The notes below the pieces were generated by a model, which searched no databases, was not told the DNA's origin, and worked only from the letters and a program-made list of their open reading frames with translations. Below, in pieces: positions 59,348 to 64,000 of a stretch of 64,000 nt of DNA (its first letter is position 1; each line of letters opens with the position of its first letter). Both the position numbers and the translations under genes were made by a program. The DNA is from Eledone cirrhosa (Eukaryota): NCBI GenBank assembly GCA_964016885.1, contig OZ024748.1:13888001-13952000 (forward strand), in the 5' to 3' direction.

Positions 59348-59796
59348 TTCAACTGTCACAAGTTGTGCTGACATGTTTTACCTTCTCGATTTCTTTGACC
59401 AATTCCATGGTAAAAAAAATCGTGCGTTGTAGCCAATGACTTTACTATAAGCTTTCTAACATTCGAAGCTTGTTCAGTAATTCTAAACACCGACATGAAG
59501 CCTTGTGTGATATGTTATTGTTTGGTGTGTGAAAGCTGACGAAATGCAAATCAGAAATGCGAGAATTAAAAACTAATGTAACTTGAAAATAAAAAAGAAA
59601 ACGAAACAACAGATCTACCTTACATTTCGTAATATTTCGGGGTTAGAAAACACGTTTACAAAAGAAAAATATTGGAGTAGGGATGAATATCTGAATATAA
59701 TATGTCAGTAAATAAAATGAGATGTCGCATTTACCATGGAATTGGTCAAAGAAATCGAGAAGGTAAAACATGTCAGCACAACTTGTGACAGTTGAA
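59348..59796. repeat. Perfect inverted repeat of about 67 bp around a 315-bp spacer
   Basis: 59348-59414 vs 59730-59796. Confidence 0.85.
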
Positions 59797-60271
59797 TTAA
59801 ACGAGTATTAAAGTTGGTGTTTATCACTTCTTCTTTGGACTTGAAGTTCTTCAGAAAACTCTGGTACTATATACACAGCGTTTATGTTGTTGTTGTTATT
59901 TGTCTTCTGCTAAGACTATCCATTCAATGTTGGTATTATCATTGTTCATAGAATTGATTAATGAAAATCGCTTCTTCTTTGGACTTGAATTTCTACAGAC
60001 AATTCTTAGGTTTTAGACACAACGACTTGGTGTTAGATTTTTTCTTTTTGATTTCTGTTCTTGTTTGTCTACTGCTTAAACCATTCATTCAATTTTGGTA
60101 TTAGCATTGATCATAGACCACGTGATATCAGACTACCAATAATCGTTGTTGAATGTTATGTGTGTCTCTTTTTAACTTCAGCTGACCAGATAAATCGTTA
60201 ATGACATCTATTTGCAGCAATAACGATCGAAATATTGTTAATGGGACATTTTGTTTTTCTTTGGTTTTATC

Positions 60272-60329
<58 letters not shown>

Positions 60330-60494
60330 CGTGTATTTGTTAACTGCCAGTGGGTCCATGTGTGCGTGTGTGAGATACTTTTGTTTTATTTTGTTTGTAT
60401 ATTATTGGTATATGCATGTTTGTTATTGTTATAGATATATACATGCATATATACATACATCCGTATATACATACAACCTCTCTCTCATACACAA

Positions 60495-60531
<37 letters not shown>

Positions 60532-60828
60532 CAAATATATATATATTAATAAGTAAATATTTATAAGTCGTTTGGAAGCCTCGACAATGCAAATGGGTAA
60601 ATCTCCGGGTAACAGGGTCCGGTGTAGGAGAGAGAGAGATATGTAAGTGGGTGTACGTTGAGATGCGTGGTGTGTATATATGTGTGAGATGTGTAGAATG
60701 AAGGGAAGAGATGGATGGGTGAATGTACGTATATCCAACCACACACACACACACATATATATATATACATACACATATATATATACATACACACAGAGAT
60801 ATGTCCGGATTTTACCTCTCTCTCTATG

Positions 60829-60942
<114 letters not shown>

Positions 60943-62064
60943 TGCGTGTATGTACATAGTTGTGTGGGTGATGTATATGCTTTTGTGCGTTCAATATATT
61001 AATGCTAAATCATTCAATAACGCCCAACATATCTCTGCCATTTAATTCATCTAAGTACTAAAAGAAAACATACATAACATATATAGTCTACAACAAATAT
61101 TTCAGTCTTCTCGTAATAATCACTAAATATATATATGACAAAACATCTATAGCATCTACATTCATTCACATAGTTACCTACGTAAAGTACGGTTTTCTTC
61201 TTTTCTATTAAATTAATACATCTATTTATTAATATTTCAGTAATGCTTTAGGTAAATCTGATATGAACATAAAACCGTAATGCCTGATATTTTAAATATT
61301 TAAAACCTGCTAGCGATTTATAAATCTATCGGATTATGAAGATTTTAGTAAACAAGGTATCGCCCAAAATATGGTGCATATTTAGAATTCACGACAATGA
61401 TTCGGGATTAGATTAGATTTAAAAAAGAAATTCAATTTTGTATATAGGCATGGAAGATATGCGAGATACGTAGCGTTAAATATCATAAAATATCACCATA
61501 TTTAAATGGATATATTCATTTATTTCTTCATTTCTATGTTCAATAACATGTTTGCTATTAGCTCCAACCACGCACGCTTCTACTTAGATGATATCACACA
61601 TCATCCTCTTTAATCTAGCGTATATATAGAGCTATCATCATTCCACTGCTTAATATCTTATTCTATTAGATATTAGGGATTTTTAGATGAAATTTGGTAC
61701 AATAAACCGTCTAGATAAAACTACTGAAACACCGCGAAGCACCAATTTCAACTAATCAATTATATAAAGCAAATATATATAGGTCTATATATAAACAACA
61801 CATGAACAGGCATGAATGTGTGTTTAAGTAGGTTATTTCGAAAATGCGCAGTTCTGGGTTCAGTCCCTCTCTGCAACACAGGATCAACCATATGTATGTG
61901 CGTGTTTGTGTGAGTATCGGTGTTTGTGTTTATGCCATGTACGTTATTGAGACGATAGAAATCAATTCGATAATTTAAATAATCGAGTCGATATGATCGA
62001 TCAAGGCAATTTCCAAATATGGCACAGGCTAATGGGTGCAACCAGGAAAAAAAAATCGTGTTTT

Positions 62065-62124
<60 letters not shown>

Positions 62125-62125
<1 letters not shown>

Positions 62126-62339
62126 GAACGATCGACTTTCGTCAAATCGGACCGAGGGAATAATGTTTCCGTTAGTCTTTCCAATTGCTAATGCTATCTA
62201 TCGGTCGCAACTCCAGGTAGAAGGAGCAATGTGAAATAAAGTGTCTTGCTCAAGGACATAACGCATCACCTGGTCCAGGAATCGAACTCACAACCTTACG
62301 ATTGCGAATCCAATTCTCTAACCACTCAGCCACACGCCT

Positions 62340-62343
<4 letters not shown>
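62125..62343 (-). mobile_element. tRNA-derived SINE family 2 (CORE-like body), full length
   Basis: A box TGGCTGAGTGG, B box GAGTTCGATTCC, gtccttgagcaagacacttta; inserted in CA/TA repeats. Confidence 0.88.
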
Positions 62344-62376
<33 letters not shown>

Positions 62377-62529
62377 TATATATATATATATATATAGCTG
62401 TATTTATCCTTTGTGATTCTGTCTCTATGTTTGTACTCCTGGAGAAGAGCTAAACCTGACACGTCGAACGTTCTTCCCCCTTTTCCATGTAAAGACATTT
62501 TTGTACCTCTGATTGTCATTTCCTTGAAC

Positions 62530-62602
<73 letters not shown>

Positions 62603-62716
62603 TTGATCATAAATAGGATAAGACAGATACGTAGATGCATAGAAATATTCCTATACATTGATTTCTTGTTAGATTTATACCCACCCGTACTTCAATCTAT
62701 CTTATTTCTCATTCTT

Positions 62717-62752
62717 TCTTCTGATGAAGGACTACCATCCGAAACCTCAAGA
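62717..62752 (+). ncRNA. Minimal type I hammerhead motif
   Basis: tctt-CTGATGA-a-gga-ctacca-tcc-GAAA-cc-TC-aaga; stem III is ACCT where the homolog at 22230 has ACGT. Confidence 0.7.
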
Positions 62753-62837
62753 CCCTCTTCTTGTTATTTCAAGCGTTAACGTAATATATTCCTTCCATAT
62801 ACTGTACTGATCGTGTTGTTATTTCTGTTTACTTTTT

Positions 62838-62880
<43 letters not shown>

Positions 62881-63404
62881 AGGACTAATTTTATTCATAT
62901 GTAACCCATTTGCAACCACGCAGCACGCCATTTTTTCATATATTTATATATTTTCCTCCTCTGTAACCCGTCTGTTTCTTTCTTACTGCTTCCCTTTTCT
63001 CTGTATCTCTCACTTTCTTTTTACCCCCTCTGCCAGCCTCTCTCTGTTAGCCTCTTCCTCACACTTTCACTCACTCACTCTCTGCTACTCCTTCTCCATC
63101 ACTTCCTCCCGTTTGACCTGTACGAAATTCTTTCTCACTCACATTTCAACCAGGTTGGATGGTTTTTATCTCTCGTCTACGATTTCACAGAACTTATGTT
63201 CACCGATTTCAAAGACTTGACTCCTTCTTCCTCACTTTTCGTTGCTTTACCATCTTTGATTGTTTACTGTCTGGCTCGTTCCCCCTATTTACGTGTCCCA
63301 ACGACTTTCTTTAGCCGTTACTCGCACCAACCAGAGGTTTATGATCTTTAAAGCGATGAAATACCAATGAAGGCTGGAAGATCACTGATGAAGGACTAAT
63401 TTTA

Positions 63405-63442
<38 letters not shown>

Positions 63443-63478
63443 GTATTCCGTAGAAAGGGTAAAGGAAGGGCTATTTAT

Positions 63479-63668
63479 TTATGTAATAAACAACACAATA
63501 CAATTATTCCATTTACCAAAGGTTTTACGAAGACAGGCGAGCTCAACAGAGACGTCTGAAATCGTTCATCATTCATTCTGATGGACGATTTCAGACGTCT
63601 CTGTTGAGCTCGCCTGTCTTCGTGAAACCTTTGGTAAATAGAATAATTGTATTGTGTTGTTTATTACA

Positions 63669-63671
<3 letters not shown>
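63479..63671. mobile_element. HHR element folding back at the ribozyme 5' end
   Basis: Arms 63479-63571 and 63579-63671; the consensus of the two arms gives catt-CTGATGA-acga...tcgt-GAAA-cc-ttt-gg-TA-aatg. Confidence 0.82.
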
Positions 63672-63758
<87 letters not shown>

Positions 63759-64000
63759 GAAGAGAAAGAGAGAAAGGAAGAGAGCAACAGCGAGAGTGTG
63801 GTGGAGAAAGATAGAAAGAGGGTGTGAGAGAGACCATCAAAAGGAAACTTATTCCAGTCTTCCCTAATCACGCGTACCACTGTAAATCATATTGTCATTT
63901 CGTCATAATTTTCTATGATATATTCAATTACTGTATTGCCACGCAGTAATCACTGCTATTGTAGAGTTGTCACTCAGAATTTTCTTCAGGGAACTCTCAG

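Noticed and set aside
62270-62343. tRNA gene
   Set aside because: The tRNA-like head continues into a SINE body shared with three other copies

Overview
Eukaryotic, very AT-rich animal DNA dominated by (TA)n/(CA)n/(GA)n microsatellites and retroelement debris. The tRNA-derived SINE families and microsatellite load suggest a cephalopod (octopod) genome; this is inference only. Almost all ORFs in the track are microsatellite translations. Real coding signal is limited to one class A GPCR exon (37197-38313, with a 1-nt frameshift) and fragments of a Penelope-like GIY-YIG endonuclease, an RLE-type LINE and two RTE LINE 3' ends. The main discovery is a dense set of short non-coding elements inserted in (TA)n tracts that carry type I hammerhead ribozyme (HHR) motifs (CUGANGA...GAAA...NUH): about 15 copies with an essentially intact core and a similar number of degenerate or half copies, in at least 10 sequence families. 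Most have a short self-complementary stem III that differs by family. Several show compensatory stem changes. Many are fold-back palindromes that turn at the ribozyme, and many share a (T/C)GAGT(A/G)C motif downstream of the cleavage site. One HHR lies directly 3' of the Penelope ORF, which links the system to Penelope-like retrotransposons/retrozymes. All structures were paired by eye and coordinates may be off by a few bases.
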